DNA from: Thermodesulfobacteriota bacterium
GTDB lineage: Bacteria > Desulfobacterota > WTBG01 > JAGOGO01
Length of the DNA stretch: 32,000 bases
NCBI GenBank assembly: GCA_026625185.1
Contig: CP113000.1
Span: 615,622-647,621 of the forward strand
Reading direction: 5' to 3'
Position numbers and translations under genes: made by a program. The notes beneath the pieces were generated by a model, which had not been told where the DNA came from, did no database searches, and worked only from the letters and a program-made list of their open reading frames with translations. Positions 23,303-31,610 of the stretch are shown here, one piece after another. Within the stretch, counting starts at the first letter, position 1. Every line of letters begins with the position of its first letter.

Positions 23303-25501
23303 ATGACTGAAGGTATTAAAATTTACAAAAGCACCTGCCGGATGTGTCACGGGGGCTGTGGGGTGCTTGTTCACGTTGACCAGGGTAAAGTCGTTAAGGT
23401 GACAGGCGATCCCGAATCTCCGCTCAACAAAGGGAAATTATGTCCTAAGGGGTTGGCGAGTATTGAACACCTTTATAATCCTAACCGTTTGAAATATCCG
23501 TTAAAAAGAACCGGAAAACGAGGAAAAGGCAAATGGGAACGCATTACCTGGGATGAGGCTTTAAATACTATCGTCAAAAAAATTCAGGAAGTTAGAGAAA
23601 ATTACGGGTCTGAATCGATCGCGATCGGGCAGGGTACCGGAAGGCATCACTTCTTTCACACGATTAGGTTTGCTAATGCCCTTGGCACCCCAAACTGGTG
23701 TGAGCCGGGAACCGCCCAGTGCTTTATTCCAAGAATACTTGCAGGAATCATGACGTATGGAGATCTGCCCGTTTGTGACTATTATGGAGAGGTGAATCCG
23801 GCCTGCGTGCTGGTCTGGGGGCATAACCCCGCAGTCTCAGGGCCTGATGGGGAACTTCAATTCACGATAAAGGAATGTATAAAGAAAGGAACCAAGCTTA
23901 TTGTTATTGATCCACGTCAAACTGACTTGGCAAAAGAGGCAGAATTCTGGCTTCGCATACGTCCGGGAACTGATGATGCTCTTGCGTTAAGCATGATGAA
24001 TGTAATCATCAATGAGGATCTCTACGACCAGGAATTCGTTGAACAATGGACTGTCGGCTTTGACCGATTATCGAAACGCGTTTTAGAGTATCCGCCTGAG
24101 TGGGCGGAAAAAATTACTTGGGTGCCTTCTGAGCAGATAAAAGCCGCCGCGAGAATGTTTGCAAAAACAAAACCCGCGACCCTTGAGTGGGGTGTCGCTC
24201 TTGAGCATACTCCCAACTGTCTGCAGACGGTTCGGGCGGTAGCCCTCATTCCTGCCATCACCGGCAACATTGACGTTCCGGGGGGATGGATTTTGGGGAT
24301 GCATCTTATTCAGACTCTTCCTGTTCTTCTTCAGGGAAGGCTGCCTGATGCAAAAAAAGATAAGCGAATGGGAGCTGATAAATTCAAGGTGTTATGCGGA
24401 AGCGACTCATTCTTTCCTTCCGCTCATGTTCCGACTTTATTTAGGGCGATGCGCACGGGAGATCCCTACCCAGTTAAGGCCTTTCTGGTGTTCGGAAACA
24501 ACGCCCTGGTGACGTACGCGAATAGCAAAGAGGTTTACGATTCCCTTATGAAGCTGGATTTTTTTTCTGTTATGGATATTTACATGACCCCCACGGCAGA
24601 GTTAGCCGACATCATCCTTCCCGCTGCAACATGGCTCGAAGTAGACCAACTCGTTGGATTGCCTTTTGTAGCAAATAACGTTGCTCAAGTTCAACAAAAG
24701 GTGGTCGAGATGTGGGAATGTAGACAGGACGAGGAGGTATTCATAGAGTTAGCCCGAAGGCTGAACCTGGAATCAGGAACCGAACCCCTCGAAAAAATAT
24801 TTAATAATCAATTAAGACCATTGGGAACCCGGTTTGATGAGCTTAAGACTAAAGGTTATATTTCGGCCCAGATGGAATATCGGAAATTTGAAAAAAGAAA
24901 ATTTGCTACTCTCTCCGGGAAAGTAGAACTGTACTCGACTTACTTGGAAAGACACGGCTACGATCCCCTACCGTCCTATCAGGAACCGCCTGAAAGCCCG
25001 ATCAGCACCCCCAAAATAGCAAAAAAATACCCCCTCATTCTCACCACCGGAGGAAGAATACAGCATTTTTTTTGCTCCGAATATCGTCAGATACCCACAT
25101 TGCGCGGGGGACAACCGGACCCGATCGTAGAAATCAACCCCGAGACCGCGGCGGAATTGAACATTGAAGAAGGCGACTGGGTGTGGATCGAAACGCCCCG
25201 CGGGAGAATACAACAGAAGGCAAAACTCACACCGATCCATCCAAAGGTGGTAAATGTTCAGTTTGGTTGGTGGTTCCCCGAAGAGGAAGGTCCTGAATAT
25301 GGTGTGTGGAAATCAAACGCCAACCTGTTGACCAGCAATGCACCCCCCTACGATCCGGCACTGGGCACCTATCAGTTACGGGCATTACTTTGTAAAGTCT
25401 ATAAAAAGGGTGATGATAAAAGATTTGGCACGAAGGCAGCCATTAAATGGATTAATAAAGTGAAGCAGCATTCCCGGTATATCTTTCGAATTTGTATCTG
25501 A
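23303..25501 (+). CDS. molybdopterin (bis-MGD) oxidoreductase catalytic subunit, cytoplasmic type
   Basis: N-terminal 4Fe-4S motif CRMCHGGCG...CPKG (23336-23443). The length and blocks (WGHNP, ILPAATWLE, and a C-terminal beta-barrel region with GDWVWIETPRG) are typical of the DMSO reductase / formate dehydrogenase superfamily. There is no twin-arginine signal. Confidence 0.85.
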   Translation: MTEGIKIYKSTCRMCHGGCGVLVHVDQGKVVKVTGDPESPLNKGKLCPKGLASIEHLYNPNRLKYPLKRTGKRGKGKWERITWDEALNTIVKKIQEVRENYGSESIAIGQGTGRHHFFHTIRFANALGTPNWCEPGTAQCFIPRILAGIMTYGDLPVCDYYGEVNPACVLVWGHNPAVSGPDGELQFTIKECIKKGTKLIVIDPRQTDLAKEAEFWLRIRPGTDDALALSMMNVIINEDLYDQEFVEQWTVGFDRLSKRVLEYPPEWAEKITWVPSEQIKAAARMFAKTKPATLEWGVALEHTPNCLQTVRAVALIPAITGNIDVPGGWILGMHLIQTLPVLLQGRLPDAKKDKRMGADKFKVLCGSDSFFPSAHVPTLFRAMRTGDPYPVKAFLVFGNNALVTYANSKEVYDSLMKLDFFSVMDIYMTPTAELADIILPAATWLEVDQLVGLPFVANNVAQVQQKVVEMWECRQDEEVFIELARRLNLESGTEPLEKIFNNQLRPLGTRFDELKTKGYISAQMEYRKFEKRKFATLSGKVELYSTYLERHGYDPLPSYQEPPESPISTPKIAKKYPLILTTGGRIQHFFCSEYRQIPTLRGGQPDPIVEINPETAAELNIEEGDWVWIETPRGRIQQKAKLTPIHPKVVNVQFGWWFPEEEGPEYGVWKSNANLLTSNAPPYDPALGTYQLRALLCKVYKKGDDKRFGTKAAIKWINKVKQHSRYIFRICI

Positions 25502-25510
25502 GGGCGGTTA

Positions 25511-26452
25511 TTACTCCATTTCCGTTTTTTTGTTCCTTTTCATGCGCCTTCTCCACGGCCACCACCACTGTTCAGGATATTGTTTCACGAATGCTTCAAT
25601 TATTTCTGTAAAAGCTTGTGATAGGTGATACACATCCTCTTCGCGATTGCCGGATTTTTTAACTTTAATCGGGGGAGTAATAATAATCTTATGCTTTTTC
25701 CTGTCCATCCTTATCATAAAGGCGCAGAGCATCTCAGCGCCGGTCCTCAGGTGCAATAGCGCCGGGCCTTCAACCGTGGCCGCCGGGTGATTGAAAAATT
25801 CTACGGACACGCCGCCGTCACGTTTTTTCTGATCGGCAAAAAGAAACAGAATTCCCCCTTTTTTTAACCATTTCAGAGAATCCGAGACCGCCTTGATGGT
25901 GGGCCGGGCGGGAATCCATTGTATGCCGGCTTTTCTCATGCAAATGTGCCAGATTTCCGCCGCGACAGCATTATCGGAATCTTTGATAATGATGTTGCAG
26001 GGATAACCCATGAGGGATAGCCTGTGCGCCAGGAAAAGAAAATTCCCAAAATGAGCGCTGATACAAATAACGCCTTTCTTAGTTTTCAGCGCTTCATCCA
26101 GGTAGTGGGCGCCCTCAACCGAAATTTCCTGTAACAACCTTTTTTGCGGGTCTCGTTCTTTGAGAAGGCGGGTGGCAGTATCCACGGTAGCTTCAGCGAT
26201 TCCATAAAAGACTTGCTTTGCCAGACGGGTGATTTCTTCCGGAGATTTCTTCCCTTGGTAGACGTGGGTCAGATTTCTTATCGCTCGGTGGCGTCGTTCG
26301 CCGGCCAAAAGATAATATGCGTTGCCCAAAATTTGAGAAAAACGATAAAGCATTGTTTCGGGGACCAACTTAACGATACCCATTAAAAAATAAGTAAGTA
26401 TCCGTGCGGCTAATTTTTCTGTTTTTTCCTTTAAACCCATTTTTTTCATCAA
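25511..26452 (-). CDS. LpxL/HtrB-type lipid A biosynthesis (lysophospholipid-type) acyltransferase
   Basis: N-terminal membrane anchor, the SAHFGNF block (family consensus HxGNWE), and ADQK...GVSVEFFNHPAATVEGPALLHLRTGAEM, which is typical of PF03279-type late acyltransferases. The RBS is ggaga. Confidence 0.7.
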   Translation of the reverse strand: MMKKMGLKEKTEKLAARILTYFLMGIVKLVPETMLYRFSQILGNAYYLLAGERRHRAIRNLTHVYQGKKSPEEITRLAKQVFYGIAEATVDTATRLLKERDPQKRLLQEISVEGAHYLDEALKTKKGVICISAHFGNFLFLAHRLSLMGYPCNIIIKDSDNAVAAEIWHICMRKAGIQWIPARPTIKAVSDSLKWLKKGGILFLFADQKKRDGGVSVEFFNHPAATVEGPALLHLRTGAEMLCAFMIRMDRKKHKIIITPPIKVKKSGNREEDVYHLSQAFTEIIEAFVKQYPEQWWWPWRRRMKRNKKTEME

Positions 26453-26602
26453 TAGCTTATCTCCAAAAGTATGCCCGGACCTTCGGGTGAGGCTTTTGCC
26501 GGGGAGGAGGGGTTATCGCATGTCCGGACGGCCAAATTCCCGGAGAAAAAACCCGGGCCATTTAATTCCATTTTTATGCTGGTAACTTACAGAAATAAGT
26601 AT

Positions 26603-26630
26603 AATATAGTGTCATATATTAAACTTGTAA
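26603..26630 (-). promoter_or_regulatory. possible sigma70-type promoter for the minus-strand acyltransferase gene
   Basis: The minus strand reads TTACAA-16 nt-TATATT (complements of 26625-26630 and 26603-26608). Confidence 0.25.
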
Positions 26631-26651
26631 TGACCTGTTGTCGATAAAAAT

Positions 26652-26680
26652 TTGACAGACCAGCCCAAATCCCCTATACT
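26652..26680 (+). promoter_or_regulatory. near-consensus sigma70-type promoter
   Basis: TTGACA (26652-26657), a 17-nt spacer, then TATACT (26675-26680). It lies about 265 nt upstream of the ATG at 26946. Confidence 0.45.
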
Positions 26681-26837
26681 TTTTTATTGCGGAAGCAACC
26701 CCTCATCAACCAGGCCATGGGAAATGAGAGGAGGCCGGGTAAGCAAAAAATAAAACATGGACTAAAAACTTATAATACCTTAAAATGGTAAGATTTTTAT
26801 GTTAATGGGGTTACCTTATTACACCCGATGTTTTCTC

Positions 26838-26872
26838 CCCTATCCCTCTCCCCGTTGGGGAGAAGGATAGGG
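26838..26872. repeat. REP-like GC-rich imperfect palindrome (hairpin)
   Basis: CCCTATCCCTCTCCCC-gtt-GGGGAGAAGGATAGGG forms a stem of about 16 bp with one mismatch and a 3-nt loop, set in otherwise AT-rich intergenic DNA. Confidence 0.6.
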
Positions 26873-26945
26873 TGAGGGGGCCTCATTTCAAAAAACTAAA
26901 CACCTTTGTATTAATTTTCACACGGTTAGTAAAAAAAGCGCCTTT

Positions 26946-28343
26946 ATGAAAAAATCAGCTTCGACTCTTATTATCCCGGTGGAAACCCAGGTTCGGGAAA
27001 TGGATGCCAAGATATTATTGTCCTGCGTTGCCGCCGAGCGCGGTTTCACGGTAATAATGGGTTCCCGGGCTTTTATCCATTACCAGGTCGCCTCGTTTCC
27101 GCGGGGAGTGTATCTGGCGAAAAGCCTGCGCACGCTGAGCATTCGCATGTTCAAGATTTTGCGCCAGCTTGGACATGAAATAGTTGCCTGGGATGAAGAA
27201 GGGCTCCAGCGTTGGCCTGATCCTGAGTATTACCGGCAACGATTGTCTCCGGTCACCATGGCGCAAACATCTCATCTCTTGGCGTGGGGCCCTGACAATG
27301 CCCGCGCTTTTCGTGATTATCCAGGCTACCATGGTGCGCCGATTCACCTCACCGGCAATCCACGGATCGATCTCATCCGGCCGGAGCTTCGGGAATACTA
27401 CCGACCGCAAGTGGATGTACTGAACAAGCGATACGGAGACTTTGTGTTGGTCAATACGAACTTCGGCTTGGTCAACCACTTTTATTCGGAGCTTGGTTAT
27501 CTTAAGAAGGCAGCGGAATCAGAAACGCCCGGCGCCGCTTTCCCTTACGATGCAGGAAAAGGACGGCATAAGCTGGCTCTCTTCAATTGCTTCCAGAAAA
27601 CGCTGCCCGCGTTGTGCGCGGCGGTGGCTGATCGCACGGTGGTTCTTCGCCCCCATCCTTCTGAGAACCAGGCGGTCTGGCACGCAATTGCTGAGCATTG
27701 CCCCAATATGCGGGTGGTCAATGAAGGCAGCATCACCCCCTGGCTGATGTCAGCTAAGGTCGTAGTGGCCAATGGGTGCACGTCCCTGGTGGAATCGGCG
27801 GTGCTCGGCACTCCGGCCATTGCCTATCAACCGGTTACCTCTGAGAAATTTGACGATGATATGCCAAACTCTCTCTGCCATCGGGCATTTTCCGTTGATG
27901 AGCTTTGCCTGACTACACGAGCCATGGTCGCGGGTGAACTTGGCGCATTGGACAACTCCGTGCGTCGTAAAATTTTAGATCAACACATAGCGGCACTCGA
28001 CGGTCCTTTGGCCGCAGATCGGATGGTAACGGTACTGGAAGCAGCTGGGTACGACCGACAACAGCCTCCCGCTGCACGTATCAGTGATTATATTCGAGGC
28101 TGGCTCAACAACACGATGCGAACCCGGAAAAAACGCAGAAATATGCGCCGGCCAGGCCACCGCAATAATATTGCTTTCCATGACCATCGCTTTCCGGCCA
28201 TATCCGTTGAAGAGATCCGAGATCGAATAGCCAGATTTGGTCGGTTGGTGAACCGGTTCAACAACATCCGAGTCGAACAGCACTCCCAACATATTTTTTC
28301 CATCCGTTCCATGGCGGTGAATGAAAAGCCTATGAGCGTTTAG
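26946..28343 (+). CDS. conserved-looking protein of unknown function; possibly a surface-carbohydrate biosynthesis protein (GT-B/capsule-polymerase-like)
   Basis: Long intact ORF. The N-terminus LIIPVETQVREMDAKILLSCVAAERGFTVIMGSR recalls, from memory only, proteins annotated as surface carbohydrate biosynthesis proteins. VVLRPHPSE...VVVANGCTSLVESAVLGTPAI resembles a GT-B C-terminal nucleotide-sugar-binding half. The arginine-rich tail is RTRKKRRNMRRPGHR. Confidence that it is a real CDS is high; confidence in the function is low. Confidence 0.5.
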   Translation: MKKSASTLIIPVETQVREMDAKILLSCVAAERGFTVIMGSRAFIHYQVASFPRGVYLAKSLRTLSIRMFKILRQLGHEIVAWDEEGLQRWPDPEYYRQRLSPVTMAQTSHLLAWGPDNARAFRDYPGYHGAPIHLTGNPRIDLIRPELREYYRPQVDVLNKRYGDFVLVNTNFGLVNHFYSELGYLKKAAESETPGAAFPYDAGKGRHKLALFNCFQKTLPALCAAVADRTVVLRPHPSENQAVWHAIAEHCPNMRVVNEGSITPWLMSAKVVVANGCTSLVESAVLGTPAIAYQPVTSEKFDDDMPNSLCHRAFSVDELCLTTRAMVAGELGALDNSVRRKILDQHIAALDGPLAADRMVTVLEAAGYDRQQPPAARISDYIRGWLNNTMRTRKKRRNMRRPGHRNNIAFHDHRFPAISVEEIRDRIARFGRLVNRFNNIRVEQHSQHIFSIRSMAVNEKPMSV

Positions 28344-28374
28344 TCATTACTAATCTATCTATAGGAGAACAACG

Positions 28375-29589
28375 TTGGCAGCTACGCTTGAACATCTTAA
28401 ATATTATCGGCTTCCCTGGAATTATGCGGACAATGGCATTTCCTGGCTGGAACCTACCACCAAATGTAATCTTCGCTGTGAAGGTTGTTACCGGGATTTA
28501 AACGGTCCGGGACATAAGACCATCGAAGAAGTACGGGCTGACCTTGAAGTGTTCAGACGATTGAGAAAAAGCGATTGTATGAGCATCGCGGGTGGTGACC
28601 CTCTGGTTTACCCGCAAATCCTGGAGCTGGTGAAGATGGTAAAGGAGATGGGTTGGAAACCGATTGTCAATACCAATGGGGTGGCGCTTAACGAAACTCT
28701 CCTTGGGGATTTAAAAAAGGCCGGGGTTTTTGGATTTACCTTTCACATCGATACGAGTCAGAAACGACCGAATGCTCACGCAACAACCGAGGATGAGCTC
28801 AATGAAACACGGTTACACTACGCTGAAATGCTGGCCAGAGTGGGCGGAATTGCCTGTTCTTTTAATTCAACAGTGTCGGAAAAAACCGTCCATGAGATCC
28901 CGAGCATGGTGAACTGGGCTCAGAAACATGCAGATATCGTTCATACGATGGTGTTTATTTTGTATCGTTCACCGACCTTAACCGGTGATTTTAATTTCTA
29001 TGCAAACGGAAAAAAAATTGATATTGGAGCAACCTACAAAGAAACCGCCTGGGGAGGCTCAAGAACCCTTATGGCTGGAGATGCTGTTGAAAAGATACGT
29101 GAAGCCGACTCTATCTATGAACCGGCCGCTTACTTGAACGGCACCGCAAAACCGGATTCATTGAAATGGCTTCTGGCGAGCCGAATTGTGCTTAACGGTG
29201 AGACTATGGGATATGTGTCTCCGAATTTCATGGAACTGGTGCAGACATTCACCCATCTTTTCACCGGGACCTACCTCGCCTATGCTAAACCCAAATCCAT
29301 TGCCCGGGGAAAACTTGCCTCTTTTTTAGGGGGCATGGTTGACAAAAAAATGAGAAGTATCTTTGTCAGTATCCTGGGGAGGATGTTTTCCAATCCGTTG
29401 AATCTCTTTCGACCCGCCTATCTGCAAAGCTTTATGATTATTCAACCGGTAAATTTTGAAATGGACGGACGACAGGATATGTGTGACAGCTGCCCCGATA
29501 TTACCGTCCATGACGGAAAACTTGTTTGGAGCTGCCGCCTTGAAGAAATGAATGATCACGGAGTCTTTCTCACTTCCGTTCCCAAATGA
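28375..29589 (+). CDS. radical SAM enzyme
   Basis: CNLRCEGCY (CxxxCxxC, 28465-28488), the GGDPL SAM-binding motif and NTNG. The C-terminal extra Cys cluster is DMCDSCPDITVHDGKLVWSC. TTG start follows aggaga. Confidence 0.85.
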   Translation: MAATLEHLKYYRLPWNYADNGISWLEPTTKCNLRCEGCYRDLNGPGHKTIEEVRADLEVFRRLRKSDCMSIAGGDPLVYPQILELVKMVKEMGWKPIVNTNGVALNETLLGDLKKAGVFGFTFHIDTSQKRPNAHATTEDELNETRLHYAEMLARVGGIACSFNSTVSEKTVHEIPSMVNWAQKHADIVHTMVFILYRSPTLTGDFNFYANGKKIDIGATYKETAWGGSRTLMAGDAVEKIREADSIYEPAAYLNGTAKPDSLKWLLASRIVLNGETMGYVSPNFMELVQTFTHLFTGTYLAYAKPKSIARGKLASFLGGMVDKKMRSIFVSILGRMFSNPLNLFRPAYLQSFMIIQPVNFEMDGRQDMCDSCPDITVHDGKLVWSCRLEEMNDHGVFLTSVPK

Positions 29590-29683
29590 GCGGAGATACA
29601 TGGGTGACCGCAATTTCTTTTTGGCATAATTGATGACCGTTTTACCTACCAGGAAGTAACTTTAGGAGCAACGAAAACCCCGG

Positions 29684-30229
29684 ATGGCAAAAGTGATTCG
29701 ATCGAGCACCTCTCTTTCAATCACCATTCTTTTTGTGATACTTGCTTTTGCCGCGATAGTCCATGGTAGTCAGCACTTATACCAGGATCTGGAGACCAGG
29801 CATCTTTTTAAGATTGAGCGGAGCAAGAACGCCAATATCGTTCAGTACGACGTTCAGGTGACCCCTGACGGTAAGCTTTATCAGAAGGAACCGGTCATCG
29901 TCTACTGGATTCGGCTTGCTGAAGATGGACGAAAAACGGAGCTAAGTTATATCCAAAAAAAATGGTCTTACGGTATCAGGACGAAATACGATGCCGGGAG
30001 CAACTCCGCGATCCTGCAGATCGTGGCTGCGCCTTCGCGGCCAATTAAGGTCTATGAAGTAGAGGGTGTGTATCGGGGGGAGGCCAGAATTAACGGTCAA
30101 CCGGCTTTTCTCACGAAGATCTTCGTCACCTCGATTAAAAATGGCTTGTTTCGAAAGACTAACTTTATTGAATTATTTGGTAAAAACCTTAAAACCGGCG
30201 TTGATTGTTATGAAAAGCTCACGCCGTAG
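29684..30229 (+). CDS. small secreted or membrane-anchored protein, unknown function
   Basis: N-terminal hydrophobic signal/anchor SLSITILFVILAFAAIVHG, then a beta-strand-rich ~150 aa. There is no motif I can assign. It is co-directional with the radical SAM gene. Confidence 0.6.
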   Translation: MAKVIRSSTSLSITILFVILAFAAIVHGSQHLYQDLETRHLFKIERSKNANIVQYDVQVTPDGKLYQKEPVIVYWIRLAEDGRKTELSYIQKKWSYGIRTKYDAGSNSAILQIVAAPSRPIKVYEVEGVYRGEARINGQPAFLTKIFVTSIKNGLFRKTNFIELFGKNLKTGVDCYEKLTP

Positions 30230-30234
30230 TCAAA

Positions 30235-30353
30235 ATACTAATCCCAAGTCGCCTTCATTTGCATATCTTGGTTGTCTCCTTGACATACTCTCCCCTGCGT
30301 CGATTCCTCGTCGCCGCCTCGATCTGTTTTTGAATGCAACTTGGGATTAGTAT
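30235..30353. repeat. 119-bp element bounded by a perfect 15-bp inverted repeat
   Basis: ATACTAATCCCAAGT (30235-30249) and its exact reverse complement ACTTGGGATTAGTAT (30339-30353) are separated by 89 nt. Pairing can extend inward about 8 more positions with 2 mismatches. Confidence 0.8.
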
Positions 30354-30506
30354 GACGAAGTCCTAAAAAGGCAAGTTTTCTTCAGTGGGTCATTCTTTAT
30401 GCGAAAGCAGGAATCCGGTTACTCCAATTGGTTCTGGACTCCGGCTGGAGTTTATTCCGGTGAAAACCAGGGACGGAGTGACGGATTTCGAACTTTTTAT
30501 GGTCCA

Positions 30507-31439
30507 TCAAATACGATTGCTCCCCAAAATTTTTCTCGCCTCGATGACATCTTGATGCATCTGGTGGATAAGTTCCTGCGGCGAACGAAATTTCTCTTCT
30601 TTTCTGATGCGCGCGACAAAATTGATATCGAGTTTCTCCCCGTATATTGATTCATTAAAATCGAGGATATACACTTCCAAAGAGAGTTCCCGATATTTAA
30701 AAGTAGGATTGTATCCAATGTTCATAGCCCCAGGAAATCGCTGATCGCGGAGGGTTACCCATACCGCATAAACCCCTGTCCCAGGATGAAGGATTTTATC
30801 AGGTTTAATATTAGCAGTCGGGAAACCCAAATTGGCTCCCCTCCCTTTCCCCTTTATTACCTCACCGCTAAAACTAAAATGTCTTCCCAGAAGCCGATTG
30901 GCAGTTGATATGTCTCCCTGTCGGATAAATTCCCGAATTTTACTGCTTTTTACTATAATGTTGTCCTTAATCTGAGATTCAATAATCTTTACCCGAAAAT
31001 TGAGGCTTTTACCCATAGTTATTAGAAAATGAATATTCCCCTGACGCTTACTTCCGAAGTTGTAATCCTCCCCCACAAAGATTTCTTTTGTTCCGATTTT
31101 GCTACAGAGAATATTTTTAACGAATTCTTCCGCGGAAAGCCGAGAAAATTCTAAAGTAAAAGGCTCACAAATTACTACCTCAATACCAGCCTTCTCAATC
31201 AGCTTTAATTTTTCCTCTAAGGTAGTAATATTTAAAAATTTGCTTCCCGGTGTCAGCACAGAAAGAGGGTGGGGATGAAAAGTATAGACCAAAGAAGTCC
31301 CTTGTATCGCTTTTGCCCTTTCACGTACGCGCGAAAAAATCTCTTGATGCCCCAAGTGAACTCCATCAAAATTGCCCAAGGTCACAACGGGGTTGAAAAA
31401 TTTTTGGTTTAGAAATTTATAACCTTCAAAGACTTTCAT
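30507..31439 (-). CDS. ribF: bifunctional riboflavin kinase / FMN adenylyltransferase
   Basis: GNFDGVHLGHQ, FHPHP, and the C-terminal kinase domain GEVIKGKGRGANLGFPTANI...PTF...LEVYILDF. Confidence 0.9.
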   Translation of the reverse strand: MKVFEGYKFLNQKFFNPVVTLGNFDGVHLGHQEIFSRVRERAKAIQGTSLVYTFHPHPLSVLTPGSKFLNITTLEEKLKLIEKAGIEVVICEPFTLEFSRLSAEEFVKNILCSKIGTKEIFVGEDYNFGSKRQGNIHFLITMGKSLNFRVKIIESQIKDNIIVKSSKIREFIRQGDISTANRLLGRHFSFSGEVIKGKGRGANLGFPTANIKPDKILHPGTGVYAVWVTLRDQRFPGAMNIGYNPTFKYRELSLEVYILDFNESIYGEKLDINFVARIRKEEKFRSPQELIHQMHQDVIEARKILGSNRI

Positions 31440-31477
31440 ATCTTTTAAGAGTTCAAAAACTTACGCGTAGATACCGC

Positions 31478-31506
31478 TTGACTATCAAAGTTTACTATTA
31501 TAAACT
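31478..31506 (+). promoter_or_regulatory. possible promoter for tRNA-Leu
   Basis: TTGACT (31478-31483) is followed by TATAAA at 15-nt spacing or TAAACT at 17-nt spacing. The tRNA starts about 20 nt downstream. Confidence 0.3.
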
Positions 31507-31526
31507 ATTTTTTTAAAAAAGAACCT

Positions 31527-31610
31527 GCCGAAGTGGCGGAATTGGCAGACGCGCTAGGTTCAGGGTCTAGTGAGGGCAGCCTCGTAGGGGTTCAAGTCCC
31601 CTCTTCGGCA
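31527..31610 (+). tRNA. tRNA-Leu (anticodon CAG), type II with long variable arm; CCA not encoded
   Basis: Acceptor GCCGAAG/CTTCGGC plus discriminator A. Anticodon stem CTAGG/TCTAG with loop TTCAGGG. Long variable arm (TGAGGGCAGCCTCG). T-arm GGGGTTCAAGTCCCC. Confidence 0.9.

Noticed and set aside
23303-25501. A Tat-exported respiratory reductase or a selenocysteine-containing formate dehydrogenase
   Set aside because: The N-terminus MTEGIKIYKSTCRMC has no twin-arginine motif. The ORF is uninterrupted, with no in-frame TGA at the ligand position. No partner-subunit genes are nearby.
25502-25510. The convergent Mo-enzyme and acyltransferase genes end only 9 nt apart with no terminator
   Set aside because: There is no structure to interpret in 9 nt. 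It is noted only as tight packing. Transcript overlap cannot be assessed from sequence.
30399-30650. Track ORFs 30399-30650 (+) and 30497-30718 (-), overlapping the 3' end of ribF, and 31773-31976 (-), overlapping the rpmA start
   Set aside because: They overlap strongly supported housekeeping genes or very AT-rich low-complexity DNA, and have no motifs or RBS.
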